Source: Acidobacteriota bacterium
Lineage (GTDB): Bacteria > Acidobacteriota > Vicinamibacteria > Vicinamibacterales > UBA8438
Reading direction: 5' to 3'
Length of the DNA: 64,000 bases
NCBI GenBank assembly: GCA_015659035.1
Contig: DQNS01000034.1
Location: forward strand, 1,372 to 65,371
Shown here: piece by piece, positions 14,636 through 25,816 of the stretch
Layout: the number at the start of each line of letters is the position of its first letter
Numbering within the stretch: position 1 is the stretch's first letter
Position numbers and translations under genes: made by a program
Notes under the pieces: model-generated
What the model was told of the DNA's origin: nothing
Databases searched by the model: none
What the model saw: only the letters and a program-made list of their open reading frames with translations

Positions 14636-15583
14636 CTACACTAGAACAATCTTGGGATGCAAAGTGCCGTCACCACGCCGGTCGGCAACGGCGAGTAGCC
14701 GCCCGCGTTCGTCCAAGACCCGCACCCGCCCTGCGTTTGGTAGCGGGAGACCGGCCGCTGGCACCATGTCGGCGACCCGCAGCGGGTTCCCGTGCGCCAC
14801 TCGGCGGGCACCCTGGTCGCTCACGACGACCGCCGGTATGCTGGGCAGCAAGGAGCCCATCGGCACGAACTGCGTGGCCACCCACGCGCTCTTCTCCACG
14901 ATCTGCGCCAGGGGCACGGCAGCCTGGAGGTTGAAGGGGCCGTGTCGCTCTCGCCGCAGCGTCTCGAGACACCCGCCGCACCCCAGGGCATCACCGAGAT
15001 CATGCGCCAAGGAGCGGATGTAGAAACCGCTCGAACACGCGATCCGGCACCGCACGCGCGGTCCGTCAATCGACAGCACCGTGAGCGCCTCGACGGTGAC
15101 CTGCGCCGGCGTGACCTCGACGGGCTGCCGCCGCCGCGCCAGATCGTATGCGCGGACGCCATCGATCTTCTTCGCCGAGAAGGGTGGCGGGCGTTGCGGG
15201 TAGGAGCCGACGAAGCCGGCTGCTGCGTGTGCGATCGTCTCGGGCGACGGCTGCAGTCCGTCGATCTCGGCGGACGTGGCGTCGGGTCGCGGTGCGTCGG
15301 CCCCCCCGACCACCGTGCCGGTGATGTCGTAGGTGTCGGTGATCAGCCCCAGCCGGATCACGGCGTCATACTGTTTGGAGGCGCCGGCGAGCAGCGAGGC
15401 AAGCCTGGTGGCCCGCCCGACGACGAGAGGGAGCACGCCCGTGGCCAGCGGATCGAGGGTGCCCAGATGGCCGACCTTTTTCAGACTCAGGGTCCGCCGC
15501 ACACAGGCGACGATGTCGTGCGAGGTCGGTCCCGCCGGTTTGTCGATGACCAGAACCCCGTCGAACGCGACAGGGTCCATCAC
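14636..15583 (-). CDS. truB: tRNA pseudouridine(55) synthase
   Basis: DKPAGPTSHD, KVGHLGTLDPLATGVL, PPPFSAKK, CSSGFYIRSLAHDLG. Confidence 0.95.
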   Translation of the reverse strand: MMDPVAFDGVLVIDKPAGPTSHDIVACVRRTLSLKKVGHLGTLDPLATGVLPLVVGRATRLASLLAGASKQYDAVIRLGLITDTYDITGTVVGGADAPRPDATSAEIDGLQPSPETIAHAAAGFVGSYPQRPPPFSAKKIDGVRAYDLARRRQPVEVTPAQVTVEALTVLSIDGPRVRCRIACSSGFYIRSLAHDLGDALGCGGCLETLRRERHGPFNLQAAVPLAQIVEKSAWVATQFVPMGSLLPSIPAVVVSDQGARRVAHGNPLRVADMVPAAGLPLPNAGRVRVLDERGRLLAVADRRGDGTLHPKIVLV

Positions 15584-16554
15584 GTGTCGCTATCGGTGAT
15601 CGCCGTCGCGACGTGCGCGATCATCTGGCCGCGCGTCTCCGGCGTCGGGTGCTCGACTGTGAACCCGGCGGCGTTCAGGTGGCCGCCCCCTCCAAACGAG
15701 ACCGCCACCTGCCGGACGTCGACCGCGTCCTTCGACCGGAGGCTGACCCGAAGACCGTCGTCGGTCTCCTTGAGGAAGATCACGGCGCGCACGTCCCGTG
15801 CCGCCAGCGGTAGGTTGACGATGCCCTCCAGGTCGTCCGAGTCGCAGCCGGCCTCGGCCAGCATCGCGTCGTTCAGTGTGAGCACCGCGATTCGCTGGTC
15901 ATGCTCCAGCTGCATTTGGTCGAGCAACATGCCGGTCAGCCGCAATCGTCCGAGGCTGCTGTTGTTGTAGACTTGGGCCGCCACCCCTGCGGCGTCGACC
16001 CCGGTCTCGGCGACCCGACGACAGATCTCGAACGTGCGTGCGGTGATATGTGCGTGCCGGAATGACCCGGTGTCGGTCAGGATCGCAACGTAGAGGTGCG
16101 TCGCGAGCGCCGGGGTGAGGTGCGCGCCGAGTGCCTCGATGAGTTCGAAGACCATCTCCGCACAGGCGCATGCCGACACGTCGTGCCAGTTGATGTCGCC
16201 GTACATCACGTTATCGGCGTGGTGATCGATGTTGATGAGCAGCCGCCCCTTGAGCCCGGCGACGCCCGGTCGGCTCAGGGTGCTGCACTCGAGTACCACG
16301 ACGGCGTCGAACGGGTCCTCCACCGCCGCGGCGATCTCGATCGTCGACATGTCAGGTAGAAATGCGTAGAGCGCCGGCGCCGGGTCGCTATTGATGATCC
16401 GCACCTGTTTACCCAGCTGCTGAAGCGCGCCGGCCAGCGCCAGCTGTGAGCCGAGCGAGTCGCCATCCGGGCGCGCGTGTGAGGTCAGCAGGAAGCTGTG
16501 ACCCTGCAGCAGCGTGTCTCGAACGCGGGACAGGTCAGCGTGTAGTGGGGTCAT
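15580..16554 (-). CDS. nrnA: DHH/DHHA1 phosphoesterase (NrnA-like nanoRNase/pAp phosphatase)
   Basis: HARPDGD, NIDHH, TDTGSF, GGGGHLNAAG; usual position between rbfA and truB. Confidence 0.88.
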   Translation of the reverse strand: MTPLHADLSRVRDTLLQGHSFLLTSHARPDGDSLGSQLALAGALQQLGKQVRIINSDPAPALYAFLPDMSTIEIAAAVEDPFDAVVVLECSTLSRPGVAGLKGRLLINIDHHADNVMYGDINWHDVSACACAEMVFELIEALGAHLTPALATHLYVAILTDTGSFRHAHITARTFEICRRVAETGVDAAGVAAQVYNNSSLGRLRLTGMLLDQMQLEHDQRIAVLTLNDAMLAEAGCDSDDLEGIVNLPLAARDVRAVIFLKETDDGLRVSLRSKDAVDVRQVAVSFGGGGHLNAAGFTVEHPTPETRGQMIAHVATAITDSDT

Positions 16555-16921
16555 CGGAGATATCAGGTGGTGACGCCGGCCCGTCGACGCGCAGTTCTTC
16601 GAGGACCTGCGCGATCCGGGACTCGCGTTCGATCGACTCGTCGTAGACGAAGGTCAGCTCCGGCACCCGCCTGACCCGGAGCCGGCGCCCCAACTGGCCG
16701 CGCAGGAACCGGGCCGCGCGTCGTAGGCGCCGGGCGGTCTCCCGCCGGGTCGCCGTGTCGTCGAGTGTCGTGTAGTAGACACGGGCATACTGCAGGTCCC
16801 GGCTCATGCGCACATGGGTCACGGTGACGAGCCGGACCGCCGGGTCGCGTATTGACCGTTGTAGCAGCGCGCACAACTCCGCGCGCACCTGGTCGCCAAG
16901 TCGCTCGGGACGTGAATGCAT
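16535..16921 (-). CDS. rbfA: ribosome-binding factor A
   Basis: RPERLGDQVR, VTVTHVRMSRDLQYARVY, RRVPELTFVYDES. Confidence 0.92.
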   Translation of the reverse strand: MHSRPERLGDQVRAELCALLQRSIRDPAVRLVTVTHVRMSRDLQYARVYYTTLDDTATRRETARRLRRAARFLRGQLGRRLRVRRVPELTFVYDESIERESRIAQVLEELRVDGPASPPDISDDPTTR

Positions 16922-16941
16922 GACGCTAGAGAGAATGCGCC

Positions 16942-17113
<172 letters not shown>

Positions 17114-17118
17114 CACGG

Positions 17119-17220
17119 AGTCAGAAGTCAGAAGACAGCAGTCAGGAGAAGCTGGAGGGCTTCGCCAAGCTTCAGGGAACGTCACTCCGCCCCGGAACCC
17201 GAACCCCGAATCCCGACCGT
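17119..17220 (+). repeat. degenerate heptamer repeats (AGTCAGA/AGACAGC/AGTCAGG, then CCCGAAC/CCCGAAT)
   Basis: Seen directly; same 7-mer as the flanks of family C. Confidence 0.6.
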
Positions 17221-17502
17221 CTACCTCAGCCACTCGACCTCGCTCCGCAAGAGCAGACCCGGCTCCACACGCTCGATTTCGGACACGACGGCCTCGAGCG
17301 TACGTTCCGCGATCTCCTGGTCGACGCCGATCGTCACAACACCGAGACCAGCACGTTGCCGCAGGTCGTGGTGCGCGACCTCGGCGACCGAGACGTTGAA
17401 CCGACCCACTCGATCCTTCAGCCGCCGGAGCACCGCGCGCTTATCCTTCAGGGAGCGGGCGCTGGCGAGATGCAGTTCGATGGAGAGGAGCCCGACGATC
17501 AT
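17221..17502 (-). CDS. DUF503 family protein (YlxP-like)
   Basis: SLKDKRAVL....K...FNVSVAEV..HDL.QRA; typical position after infB. Confidence 0.9.
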   Translation of the reverse strand: MIVGLLSIELHLASARSLKDKRAVLRRLKDRVGRFNVSVAEVAHHDLRQRAGLGVVTIGVDQEIAERTLEAVVSEIERVEPGLLLRSEVEWLR

Positions 17503-17506
17503 CGAG

Positions 17507-20152
17507 CTAGACGGTCGCGGCGATTTTCTCGAGCGTGAACACCTCGATGACGTCGCCCACCTTGATGTCGGCGTACCGCTCGAAGGCGATCCCGCACTCG
17601 AGACCGTGCGTTACCTCACTCGCGTCGTCCTTGAACCGACGGAGCGACCCGATGCGGCCCTCGTGAATCACCACGTTGTCCCGGAGGAGGCGGGCCTGGG
17701 TGTCGCCGGCGCGGGTGATCTTGCCTTCCTTGACGATACAGCCGGCCGCCGCGCCGAATTTCGGCACCTTGAACACCTCCCGCACCTCTGCCGCGCCGAT
17801 CTGGATCTCCTTGACTGTCGGCTCCAGCAGACCGGCCATCGCCTTCTTGATCTCATCGGTGATGTCGTAGATCACGCGGTGGAGACGGATGTCAATCTGT
17901 TCCCGAAGAGCCATGGCCGCGGCGTTCCGGTCGGGTCGGACGTTGAACCCGATGATGACGGCGTTGGACGCGGTTGCGAACACGACGTCCCCTTCGGTGA
18001 TGGCGCCCACACCGCTGCTGATCAGACGCACCTTCACCCGATCGTCTCCCAGCTTGCTCAACGCGTCGGCCAGTACCTCGGCCGACCCCTGCACGTCCGC
18101 CTTGACGATGATCGGCAGCTCTTTGGTGCCGTCTTCGGCGATCTGCTGCTGGAGCGATTCGAGCGTCAGGCGACCGCCCTTCTCACCGAGCGTCTTCTGC
18201 TTGGCCTGATTCTGACGGAGCATCGCGATCTGGCGCGCTTTGGCCGCGTTGACAACGACCTGGAACGTGTGGCCCGGTTGCGGCAGTCCAGCCAGACCCA
18301 GTACCTCGATCGGACTCGACGGGCCGACCTCCTTCTGCGGGTTGCCCCGGTCGTCGATGAGGGCGCGCACCTTGCCGACGATCGGCCCGGCGATGAAGTT
18401 GTCGCCGATACGCACCGTGCCGTTCTTGATGAGAACCGTCGCCACTGGACCGCGTCCGCGATCGATCTTGGCCTCGAGGATCGTGCCGCTGGCGCTGCGT
18501 GTGGGGTCGGCCTTGAGCTCGCCCATCTCGGTGACGAGCAGGAGCATTTCGAGCAGCGAGTCGAGGTTCTGTTGCTGCTTGGCCGACACCTCGACCGTGA
18601 CGGTTTGACCACCCCAGTCCTCGGGCGTCAACCCGAGCTCCGACAGCTCGGTCTTGACGCGTTCGGGATTCGCGTTGGCCTTGTCGATTTTGTTGATCGC
18701 GACGACGAGCGGCACGTTCGCCGCCCTAGCGTGTTCGATGGCCTCCTTGGTCTGGGGCATCACGCCGTCGTCGGCCGCGACGACCAGGATGACGACGTCG
18801 GTGACACTCGCGCCCCGCGCGCGCATCAAGGTGAACGCCTCGTGACCCGGGGTGTCCAGAAACACGATGCGGCGGTCGTTGATCTCGACGGTGTACGCCC
18901 CGATGTGCTGGGTGATGCCACCAGCCTCTCGCTCGGCGACACGCGTGTCGCGGATGGCGTCGAGCAAGGTCGTCTTGCCGTGGTCGACATGACCCATCAC
19001 GGTGACAATCGGTGCCCGCGGGACCAGATCCCCGTCCTGGACGTCTACCGACTCGACCGCCACCATTTCCTCTTCGAACGAGCGCATCTCGACGTCGGCG
19101 CCGAACTCCCGAGCCACCATGGTCGCCGTCTCGTTGTCCAGCGTCGTGTTGATGGTGAGCATCAACCGGCGCTCGATCAGCTTCTTCAAGACGTCCTTGG
19201 CGCGGAGGTCGAGCTTCTCGGCCAGGTCCTTGACGGTCATTCCCTCGGCAAGCGAGATCGTCCGGGTAATCGGCGGCGGCGGCGCCGGAACATACGGCGC
19301 TGACGGACGTGGTGGACGGCGTTTTCGCGCGCCCGGCCGACGCGGCGGCGGCCGGAATGACGGTCGGTAGCCGACGGCGGGCCGCCCCAACGGAGGTCTG
19401 AAGGGTTGTGCCGGCAGCGGGTGCGGTCCCCCGGGCGGTGGGCTCGGTCGCGTCGGCGCCGGACCGATCGGCCTGGAGCCGGGCCGCGGCCGTGTCGGGG
19501 CCGCCGGCCGGGCGGCCGGGGACGGTGCCGGCAGTTTCGCCGACGCAGCCGGCGCGGGTGGCAACAGCGACGGAGCCTTGTCCTCGATACGCAGCTTCAG
19601 CATCGACGGGACGAGCCGGCCGGTCGGCGTGACCGGCTTCGTGACGACCGGTGCCGATGGCGGTGCCGGCAGTTTCGCCGACGCAGCCGGCGCGGGTGGC
19701 AACAGCGACGGAGCCTTGTCCTCGATACGCAGCTTCAGCATCGACGCGGCTTCGACGGACTCGGCCGGCGCCGGTGCAGTCGGTGTCGCCTCGGCCGCGG
19801 GTGGCGCCTCGGTCTCGTCGGGTGGTTCCTCGAGGACGGCCGGCGGGGCGACCTTCGGCGCCTTGACGAGACGGGGCGGACCCAGGCGCGGTCGGGCCGC
19901 CGGCTCCGGCGTCTTCGCACCCTTGCGACCTCGGTTCGCGGACCTCGACTTTGCCGAGAACAGTGGTCCGGCTGGCAGGTTCAGGTTGCGCTCGCGCGCG
20001 GTGCGCTCGGCGAACTGCCTGGCGACGATCTCTTCGATCGTGCTGGAGGCGCTCTTGGCCTCGATGCCATGCTCGCGCTTGAGCAGGTCGATGACCTCCT
20101 GGCTCGGGATCCCGAGCACTTCAGCGACCTTGTAGATTCGGATCGTGGCCAC
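17507..20152 (-). CDS. infB: translation initiation factor IF-2
   Basis: [37 protein letters not shown]; GTG 20152 with AGAGG SD. Confidence 0.97.
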   Translation of the reverse strand: MATIRIYKVAEVLGIPSQEVIDLLKREHGIEAKSASSTIEEIVARQFAERTARERNLNLPAGPLFSAKSRSANRGRKGAKTPEPAARPRLGPPRLVKAPKVAPPAVLEEPPDETEAPPAAEATPTAPAPAESVEAASMLKLRIEDKAPSLLPPAPAASAKLPAPPSAPVVTKPVTPTGRLVPSMLKLRIEDKAPSLLPPAPAASAKLPAPSPAARPAAPTRPRPGSRPIGPAPTRPSPPPGGPHPLPAQPFRPPLGRPAVGYRPSFRPPPRRPGARKRRPPRPSAPYVPAPPPPITRTISLAEGMTVKDLAEKLDLRAKDVLKKLIERRLMLTINTTLDNETATMVAREFGADVEMRSFEEEMVAVESVDVQDGDLVPRAPIVTVMGHVDHGKTTLLDAIRDTRVAEREAGGITQHIGAYTVEINDRRIVFLDTPGHEAFTLMRARGASVTDVVILVVAADDGVMPQTKEAIEHARAANVPLVVAINKIDKANANPERVKTELSELGLTPEDWGGQTVTVEVSAKQQQNLDSLLEMLLLVTEMGELKADPTRSASGTILEAKIDRGRGPVATVLIKNGTVRIGDNFIAGPIVGKVRALIDDRGNPQKEVGPSSPIEVLGLAGLPQPGHTFQVVVNAAKARQIAMLRQNQAKQKTLGEKGGRLTLESLQQQIAEDGTKELPIIVKADVQGSAEVLADALSKLGDDRVKVRLISSGVGAITEGDVVFATASNAVIIGFNVRPDRNAAAMALREQIDIRLHRVIYDITDEIKKAMAGLLEPTVKEIQIGAAEVREVFKVPKFGAAAGCIVKEGKITRAGDTQARLLRDNVVIHEGRIGSLRRFKDDASEVTHGLECGIAFERYADIKVGDVIEVFTLEKIAATV

Positions 20153-20328
20153 GCGTGTCCTCTGATTCTTCTCGGTACGTCCCTGTTGGTTCGCGCGCCG
20201 CTGGGCTTCTCGCTCAGCGGGGTCGCTTACTGCCTGCCTGCACCCTCGTTGCGCTCGTGGGGGCGTGCAAGGTGTCGACCTTACCGGCCCTCGGTGCACA
20301 CTCGCGACAGTGCGAGCGCACCCCTGGT

Positions 20329-21891
20329 TTACTCGTCGCCTGGCGGGCGCTTGTCGTCCAGCGCCTCCTCTGGCGTGTTCCCGCTCTCGTCGGTCGGCTC
20401 CGCCGCCACGTCGCTGGCACCCTCCGTGTCCGCCGTCTGGTCCGGCGCGTCCGGGTCCTCGCCGGCCGCCGCCTGGGCCGCCCGGTCCTCGCCCGGGGGC
20501 GTCGCGGCCGGTTCAGCGTCGGCCGCCTGGGGTTCGGGGGGCGGTGCGACGGGCGTGGGGGCGGACGCCGACAATGGCTCGATCCCCTCCTGCTGCGCCG
20601 CCTCGGTCGTGCCGCTCCCCACGGCTCCTCCGGCGGCCATCGTCGCCGCTTCTGCGTCCTGCCGGAGCGCCTCCGCCGCGCCCTCTGAAATGCCCAGCAC
20701 CTCGCCGAGCTCGGTCGCGGTCGCCGAGACCATCCGCTCCACCGTCTCGATACCGGCGGCGTTCAGCTTCTCGACCATCGCCTCGTCGAGCCCCGGCACC
20801 GACAACGGCGCGGGTTCGGCCCCGAGCTCGTCGAACACGGCCTCGACCTCCCGTCGTTTCTCCTCTTCGCTCTTGATGTCGATCTTCCAGCCGGTCAGCT
20901 TGGCCGCCAGGCGGACATTCTGGCCCTTCTTGCCGATGGCCAGCGAGAGCTGGCGGTCCTCGACGACCACCTCGACGACCCGTTCAGCCTCGTCCACCAC
21001 GGACACCCGTTGCACGCGTGCCGGGCTGATCGCGTTGGTCACGAAGGTCACGGCATCATCCGACCACGCGACGATGTCGATCTTCTCGCCGCGCAGCTCG
21101 CGAATAATCGCCTGCACGCGAGTGCCCTTCATGCCGACACAAGCGCCGACCGGGTCCACGTCGCGCTCCCGCGACGCCACCGCGACCTTGGCCCGGTCAC
21201 CGGCCTCGCGAACCGCGCCCCTAATAACGACGGTGCCGTCATAGATCTCCGGCACCTCCTGCTCGAACAGCTTGATCAGCAGCACCGGGTCCGTACGCGA
21301 CAGGATGATCTGCGGGCCCTTGTTGTTCTTGTTGACGTCCTTGATCACGGCCCGTATGCGGTCGCTGGTGGTGTAGTTCTCGGCACGTGACTGCTCGCGC
21401 CGAGGCAATTGCGCCTCGACGCGGCCGACCTCGACGATGATGTCGCCGCTCTCGAAGCGTTTGACCAACCCGTTGATGACCTCACCGACCCGCTGGCTGT
21501 ACTCGGCGAAAATGTTCTCGCGCTCGGCCTCGCGTACCTTCTGGAAGATGACCTGCTTGGCCGTCTGGGCGGCGATGCGCCCCAGCACGTCGGTCGGCTT
21601 GGGGAACTCGATCTCCATTCCCGGCTCGGCCTCGTCGCCATAGAGTTCCTGCGCCTCGGCCAGCGCAATCTCCGTCGCCGGGTCGGTAACGGCCTCGACG
21701 ATCTGCCGCACGGCGAAGAGCTCGACCTGTCCCGTTTCGGCATTGAACTTGGTCCGCAGGTTCTCGTCCGACTTGTAGTACTTCCGCGACGCTGTCAACA
21801 CGGCATCCTCGATGGCCGTGATGATGACGTCGGCCTCGATGCCCTTTTCCCTGGCCAGCGCTTCGATCGTTTGCTGCAACGCGTTGTTCAT
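20329..21891 (-). CDS. nusA: transcription termination/antitermination factor NusA with long acidic C-terminal tail
   Basis: [66 protein letters not shown]. Confidence 0.96.
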   Translation of the reverse strand: MNNALQQTIEALAREKGIEADVIITAIEDAVLTASRKYYKSDENLRTKFNAETGQVELFAVRQIVEAVTDPATEIALAEAQELYGDEAEPGMEIEFPKPTDVLGRIAAQTAKQVIFQKVREAERENIFAEYSQRVGEVINGLVKRFESGDIIVEVGRVEAQLPRREQSRAENYTTSDRIRAVIKDVNKNNKGPQIILSRTDPVLLIKLFEQEVPEIYDGTVVIRGAVREAGDRAKVAVASRERDVDPVGACVGMKGTRVQAIIRELRGEKIDIVAWSDDAVTFVTNAISPARVQRVSVVDEAERVVEVVVEDRQLSLAIGKKGQNVRLAAKLTGWKIDIKSEEEKRREVEAVFDELGAEPAPLSVPGLDEAMVEKLNAAGIETVERMVSATATELGEVLGISEGAAEALRQDAEAATMAAGGAVGSGTTEAAQQEGIEPLSASAPTPVAPPPEPQAADAEPAATPPGEDRAAQAAAGEDPDAPDQTADTEGASDVAAEPTDESGNTPEEALDDKRPPGDE

Positions 21892-21929
21892 AACAGTTCC
21901 TCGCGACGGCGCGAGCAGCGAGTGCACCC

Positions 21930-21977
21930 GCAGCCCGTCTCACGACGGGTCTCGGTGCGACGCTGAACTTTCACCAT
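21930..21977 (+). repeat. internally deleted family-A remnant
   Basis: GCAGCCCGT left end joined to CACGACGGGTCTCGGTGCGACGC..ACTTTCACCA, the right-arm sequence of copies 5 and 7. Confidence 0.55.
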
Positions 21978-21983
21978 GCGCGG

Positions 21984-22487
21984 TTACAACTCGACCTCGA
22001 GCCGTGCGCGCGCGACCGCCGTCTCCGAAACCCGGCGTGTCGTTTTGCCGTCCGCAATCACGATCGTCCGGCCGTCCACCGCGGTGATGCGACCAGACAC
22101 GAATCGCTGTCCGTCGACCGGCTCGGACGTGACGATCTTGACCCGTCGTCCAACGAACCGCGCGAAGTCAGCCAGGTGACGCAATGGCCGGTCTAATCCG
22201 GGCGACGACACCTCCAACGTGTAGGCGTGGTCGAAGCTGATCTCCGCGTCGAGAATCGCACTCACGTCCACGCTGACCTTCGCGCAGTCGGCCACCGTCA
22301 CGTCCTCGCCCTGCCCGCCGGTCTCCGGTGGCACCGTCGGCGCCGGGCGGTCGATGAAGATTCGCAAGACCCAGCCGATGGACTCGCGGCGGAACTGCAG
22401 ATCGAACAACTCGAGCCCATGGCTGCGCGTTACCCGCTCGGCGATCGACCGCACTGTGCCGAGAAGTGCCGTTTGCGACCCGGTCAT
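21984..22487 (-). CDS. rimP: ribosome maturation factor RimP
   Basis: LRIFIDR, V..DC..VS, YTLEVSSPGLDRPL; ATG 22487 preferred because the longer ORF runs through a repeat. Confidence 0.93.
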   Translation of the reverse strand: MTGSQTALLGTVRSIAERVTRSHGLELFDLQFRRESIGWVLRIFIDRPAPTVPPETGGQGEDVTVADCAKVSVDVSAILDAEISFDHAYTLEVSSPGLDRPLRHLADFARFVGRRVKIVTSEPVDGQRFVSGRITAVDGRTIVIADGKTTRRVSETAVARARLEVEL

Positions 22488-22490
22488 TCG

Positions 22491-22693
22491 GTGGCCCCGT
22501 CCGCAACTACACTGGCATTCGGCCGGCGATGCATCCCGCCTGGCGGCGTTGCGCGTTCCGCAAATATTGCCCGATGTTCTCGGTCGTCGCGCCTTGCCAC
22601 CCGAGCGCATGACCGCCCTCGTCCCTCGACAGGCTCGGGACGCCTCGAGCGTGTCGAGAGGCGGTGCTTCAGCGTAGCTGCGGACGGGACCAC
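22491..22693 (+). repeat. family-A dispersed repeat, copy 3, with nested REP-like hairpin (22621-22661)
   Basis: Arms GTGGCCCCGTCCGCAACTAC/GTAGCTGCGGACGGGACCAC; degenerate core AAATATTGCCCGATGTTCTCGGTCGTCGCGCCTTG; nested CCCTCGACAGGCTCGGGACGCCTCGAGCGTGTCGAGAGG. Confidence 0.75.
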
Positions 22694-22707
22694 TCAGGTT
22701 CCGCCTC

Positions 22708-22738
22708 AAAAACAAAGAGCGGGCCAAAACGCCCACTC
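22708..22738 (-). terminator. rimP-nusA leader hairpin with U-tract (attenuator-like)
   Basis: Minus strand GAGTGGGC-gttttg-GCCCGCTC-TTTGTTTTT, resembling the GAGTGGG...CCC(A/G)CTC hairpin commonly found upstream of rimP. Confidence 0.7.
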
Positions 22739-22769
22739 ATTGGTTTATCACCGCAAAGCTAACTGTACA

Positions 22770-22778
22770 ACTATAGCA
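22770..22778 (-). promoter_or_regulatory. extended -10 promoter of the rimP operon
   Basis: Minus strand TGcTATAGT about 30 nt upstream of the leader hairpin. Confidence 0.5.
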
Positions 22779-22851
22779 CGACAGTCTCGTCGCCCGATAC
22801 GGGCTGCTAGCGAAGCTGTGCCTCAAACCGACAAGTGAAAGCGGTGCGCTG

Positions 22852-22963
22852 CCTCGCTAGCAGAAGCTTTTCTCAGAGCCCCGCTACGCGGGGGCCTAGA
22901 CATCTCCGCGCGACATGAAAACTTGCTTCAAACGTCACGATGTTACCCATAGGAGATGTCTAG
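22852..22963 (+). repeat. family-B repeat, copy 1 (contains a CTAGACATCTCC...GGAGATGTCTAG inverted-repeat unit)
   Basis: Aligns along its length with 48576-48690; perfect 12-bp inverted repeat at 22896-22907/22952-22963. Confidence 0.8.
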
Positions 22964-23046
22964 GCAGTCAGAAGGGGTGCCCCGAGGCCGGCCGCCGCGC
23001 CGCGCGAGGACGGGCGCGGAACATGACGGGCGTCCGGCGGCAACGG

Positions 23047-24351
23047 TCAAGGGGTCAATCGGTAGAGCATTCGGGGGTATGGAATGGTCTCCCGAACGTG
23101 CTCCACGCCACAGATCCAGGCCACCACCCGTTCGATGCCCATCCCAAAGCCGGCGTGTGGCACACTGCCGTAGCGGCGCAGGTCGAGATACCACTCGAAC
23201 GCGTCCTGGGGCAGACCGTGCTCGGTGATCCGGCGGAGGAGCAGGTCCAGGTCGTCGAGTCGCTGTCCTCCGCCGACGATTTCGCCATAGCCCTCCGGCG
23301 CCAGGATGTCCACCGACAGCGAGAGCTCCGGGCGCTCCGGGTCCGGCTTCATGTAGAACGGCTTGGCCGCTGAAGGGTACCGGTGCACGGCGACCGGCCG
23401 GTCGAACTGTTCTGCAAGCAGCGTCTCGTCGGGGCCGCCGAAGTCGTCCCCGTACTCGACGGCGCGGCCGTGGTCCTGGAGCACGTGGACCGCGTCGCCG
23501 TAGGTGATACGTGGAAACGGTGCGCGAACGGCCTCGAGCGGTCCCCGGTCGCGTTCGAGCGTCTCGAGTTCACGTTCGCGGGTCTCGAGCGCCCGCGACA
23601 CGACCGCCACGATCATCGCCTCGGCCAGATCGATCGCGTCGTCGAGGGTTGCGTAGGCCATCTCAGGCTCGACCATCCAGAACTCAGTCAGGTGACGGCG
23701 GGTCTTGGATTTCTCGGCCCGGAACGTCGGACCGAAAGAGTACACGCGCCCGAGTGCCATCGCGTTGGCTTCGTTGTACAGCTGACCGCTCTGTGTCAGG
23801 AACGCGGTGGCGTGGTCGTAGTAGGGGACCGGAAACAGTGTCGAGGTGCCCTCGCACGCGGCCGGTGTGAAAATCGGCGTGTCCGCCAGGATGAACCCCT
23901 GGGTGTTGAGAAAGTCCCGGACGGCGTTGATCACCGTGTGACGGATCCGCAGGATCGCGTGCTGCCGCTCCGACCGGATCCACAGGTGCCGCCGGTCCAG
24001 CAGAAAGTCGACGCCATGTTCCTTCGGCGTGATCGGATAGTCGCGGGTCGGTCCGATCACCCGCATCCCGATCACATCGAGCTCGTAGCCGCCGGGCGCC
24101 CGCGCGTCGGCCCGCACCTCGCCCTCGACCACGACGGCGGTCTCCTGACCCAGGTGTCCCGCCTGCAGGAACACCTCCTCCCCGACCGCCGCCTTCGACA
24201 TCACCGCCTGAATGAACCCGGTGCCGTCCCGCACTGTGAGGAAGTGAATCTTCCCGCTCGACCGCCGGTTGTGCAGCCAGCCCCGCAGCGTCACCGAGCG
24301 GCCTTCGTGCTGCGCGATCTCTTCGATGTGGGCGATGACTATCTCTCGCAC
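23047..24351 (-). CDS. asnS: asparagine--tRNA ligase
   Basis: [73 protein letters not shown]. Start uncertain (24351 or 24411). Confidence 0.95.
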   Translation of the reverse strand: MREIVIAHIEEIAQHEGRSVTLRGWLHNRRSSGKIHFLTVRDGTGFIQAVMSKAAVGEEVFLQAGHLGQETAVVVEGEVRADARAPGGYELDVIGMRVIGPTRDYPITPKEHGVDFLLDRRHLWIRSERQHAILRIRHTVINAVRDFLNTQGFILADTPIFTPAACEGTSTLFPVPYYDHATAFLTQSGQLYNEANAMALGRVYSFGPTFRAEKSKTRRHLTEFWMVEPEMAYATLDDAIDLAEAMIVAVVSRALETRERELETLERDRGPLEAVRAPFPRITYGDAVHVLQDHGRAVEYGDDFGGPDETLLAEQFDRPVAVHRYPSAAKPFYMKPDPERPELSLSVDILAPEGYGEIVGGGQRLDDLDLLLRRITEHGLPQDAFEWYLDLRRYGSVPHAGFGMGIERVVAWICGVEHVRETIPYPRMLYRLTP

Positions 24352-24496
24352 GGCTTCTCGGTCACATACTACCGGTCTTCTCCGTCGTCGCGTCTTGCAA
24401 TCATTTGCCACGTGCGACGAGGGAGCTCATGGGCGATGTGTGACCCCGCTGTACTGAAGCCACGCGCCGCGTGTTGCGGGATGCCGAACCACGCGG

Positions 24497-24674
24497 CTAG
24501 CAGCCCGTGGTGAAAGTCCAGCTGCATTCGACTGGCGCTGCATCCGTCCTGACTGCGTTGTGCCTCTGTCGAATACTGCCGGTATGCTCCCTCGTCACGC
24601 CTTGCACGGGCCCGGCGCGGTGTCGATCTCGACGATCCTCGGTGCCACGCTGGGCTTCCACCACGGACCGCTAG
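24497..24674 (+). repeat. family-A dispersed repeat, copy 4
   Basis: CTAGCAGCCCGTGGTGAAAGTCCAGC...core...GCTGGGCTTCCACCACGGACCGCTAG; CTAG at both ends, the right one being the stop of the phosphotransferase gene. Confidence 0.85.
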
Positions 24675-25708
24675 GACACGAGCGTAGGGAGATAGGGCGC
24701 GAGCAACTCGAGGAGCCGTCCGAACCGGGGGTAGGCGTGCAGCGTCCGGCGCAGATACGCGATCGTGCGCGGGACGTAGGCGGCGAAGCCGGGCCGACCG
24801 ATGATGGCAATCTGATGCCCGAACGTCCCGAGCGCTTTCAGATGACGTTGCACCGACATCAGGTCGAACCGGCGCCCGAAATCAGCGGTGCGCTCGGTCG
24901 GCACCGCGTCCAGAAAGCGCTCCGTCGTCGCCGCCACCAGGTCAGGTGACAGGTCGACGTAGCAGTCGCGGAGCAGCGAGACGAGGTCATAGGTGGCTGG
25001 TCCCATGCGCGCGTCCTGGAAATCGATCACGACCAGCCGGTTCCGGTGCACCATCAGGTTGCGGCTGTGGTAGTCCCGGTGGCACAGCACGCGTGGCTCG
25101 GCCGCCAGTTCTTCGGCGATCGTCGAGAACTCTTCCCGAAGGGCCTCGGCGGCCGCTGGGGCGAGCGCGACGTGTCGATACGCGAGCAGAAACTCCGACT
25201 GGAAGAATGCCAGCTCCCAGGTCAGCTTGGAGGTGTCAAACGCCAGGGTAAACGGAAGTGCCGCTTCGGCGCGCAGTCCGGCGCCGTCCTGTTGCAGCTT
25301 GGCGATCAGGCCGACCGCCTCGCGATACAGGCGGGTGGGGTCACCTCCGGGGACGGTGAGCCAGTTCTGCAGCGTCTGGTCACCGAGGTCCTCGAGCGCC
25401 AGGATGCCCAGATCCCCCGCCTGTCCGACGACCGCCGGCACCGGTATCGCCAGCCGCTCGAACAGCGCGCCGACTGTGATCTCGGGAAGTGCGTCGGTGG
25501 CAAACGGTTCGGGATGGACGGCGAGGACCATGGATGGGCCGTCGCGTGGGGTGAGCCGCACGTAGCAGCGATTCGACGCATCCCCGTGGAGTCGCGCCAC
25601 GCGCGTGGCGAGGCGGTCCATACCCTGTCGATGCAGATACTCAGCCACGCGACTATCGATGGTCTGGTCTGCGACGGGTCGACTGCCCCAGGGGCTCGCG
25701 TCAGTCAT
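24671..25708 (-). CDS. APH-family phosphotransferase (AmgK-like anomeric MurNAc/GlcNAc kinase)
   Basis: GDASNRCYVR, LEDLGD, CHRDYHSRNLM, IDFQDARMGP..YDLVSLLRD, QRHLKALGTFG; adjacent to a nucleotidyltransferase. Confidence 0.8.
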   Translation of the reverse strand: MTDASPWGSRPVADQTIDSRVAEYLHRQGMDRLATRVARLHGDASNRCYVRLTPRDGPSMVLAVHPEPFATDALPEITVGALFERLAIPVPAVVGQAGDLGILALEDLGDQTLQNWLTVPGGDPTRLYREAVGLIAKLQQDGAGLRAEAALPFTLAFDTSKLTWELAFFQSEFLLAYRHVALAPAAAEALREEFSTIAEELAAEPRVLCHRDYHSRNLMVHRNRLVVIDFQDARMGPATYDLVSLLRDCYVDLSPDLVAATTERFLDAVPTERTADFGRRFDLMSVQRHLKALGTFGHQIAIIGRPGFAAYVPRTIAYLRRTLHAYPRFGRLLELLAPYLPTLVS

Positions 25709-25751
25709 GCCGTGGTCTTGCCTCTTCGGGGGTACTGGCTCCAACCCCAAG

Positions 25752-25787
25752 CCCTCACCCCGGCCCTCTCCCAGGGGGAGAGGGAGA
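25752..25787 (+). repeat. REP-like hairpin CCCTCACCCCGGCCCTCTCCC..GGGAGAGGG
   Basis: Intergenic GC-rich hairpin (CCCTCTCCC/GGGAGAGGG) of a widespread REP-like type; single copy in this window. Confidence 0.55.
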
Positions 25788-25816
25788 AGCCGAAGCGCAT
25801 GATTCACTAACCTCTC

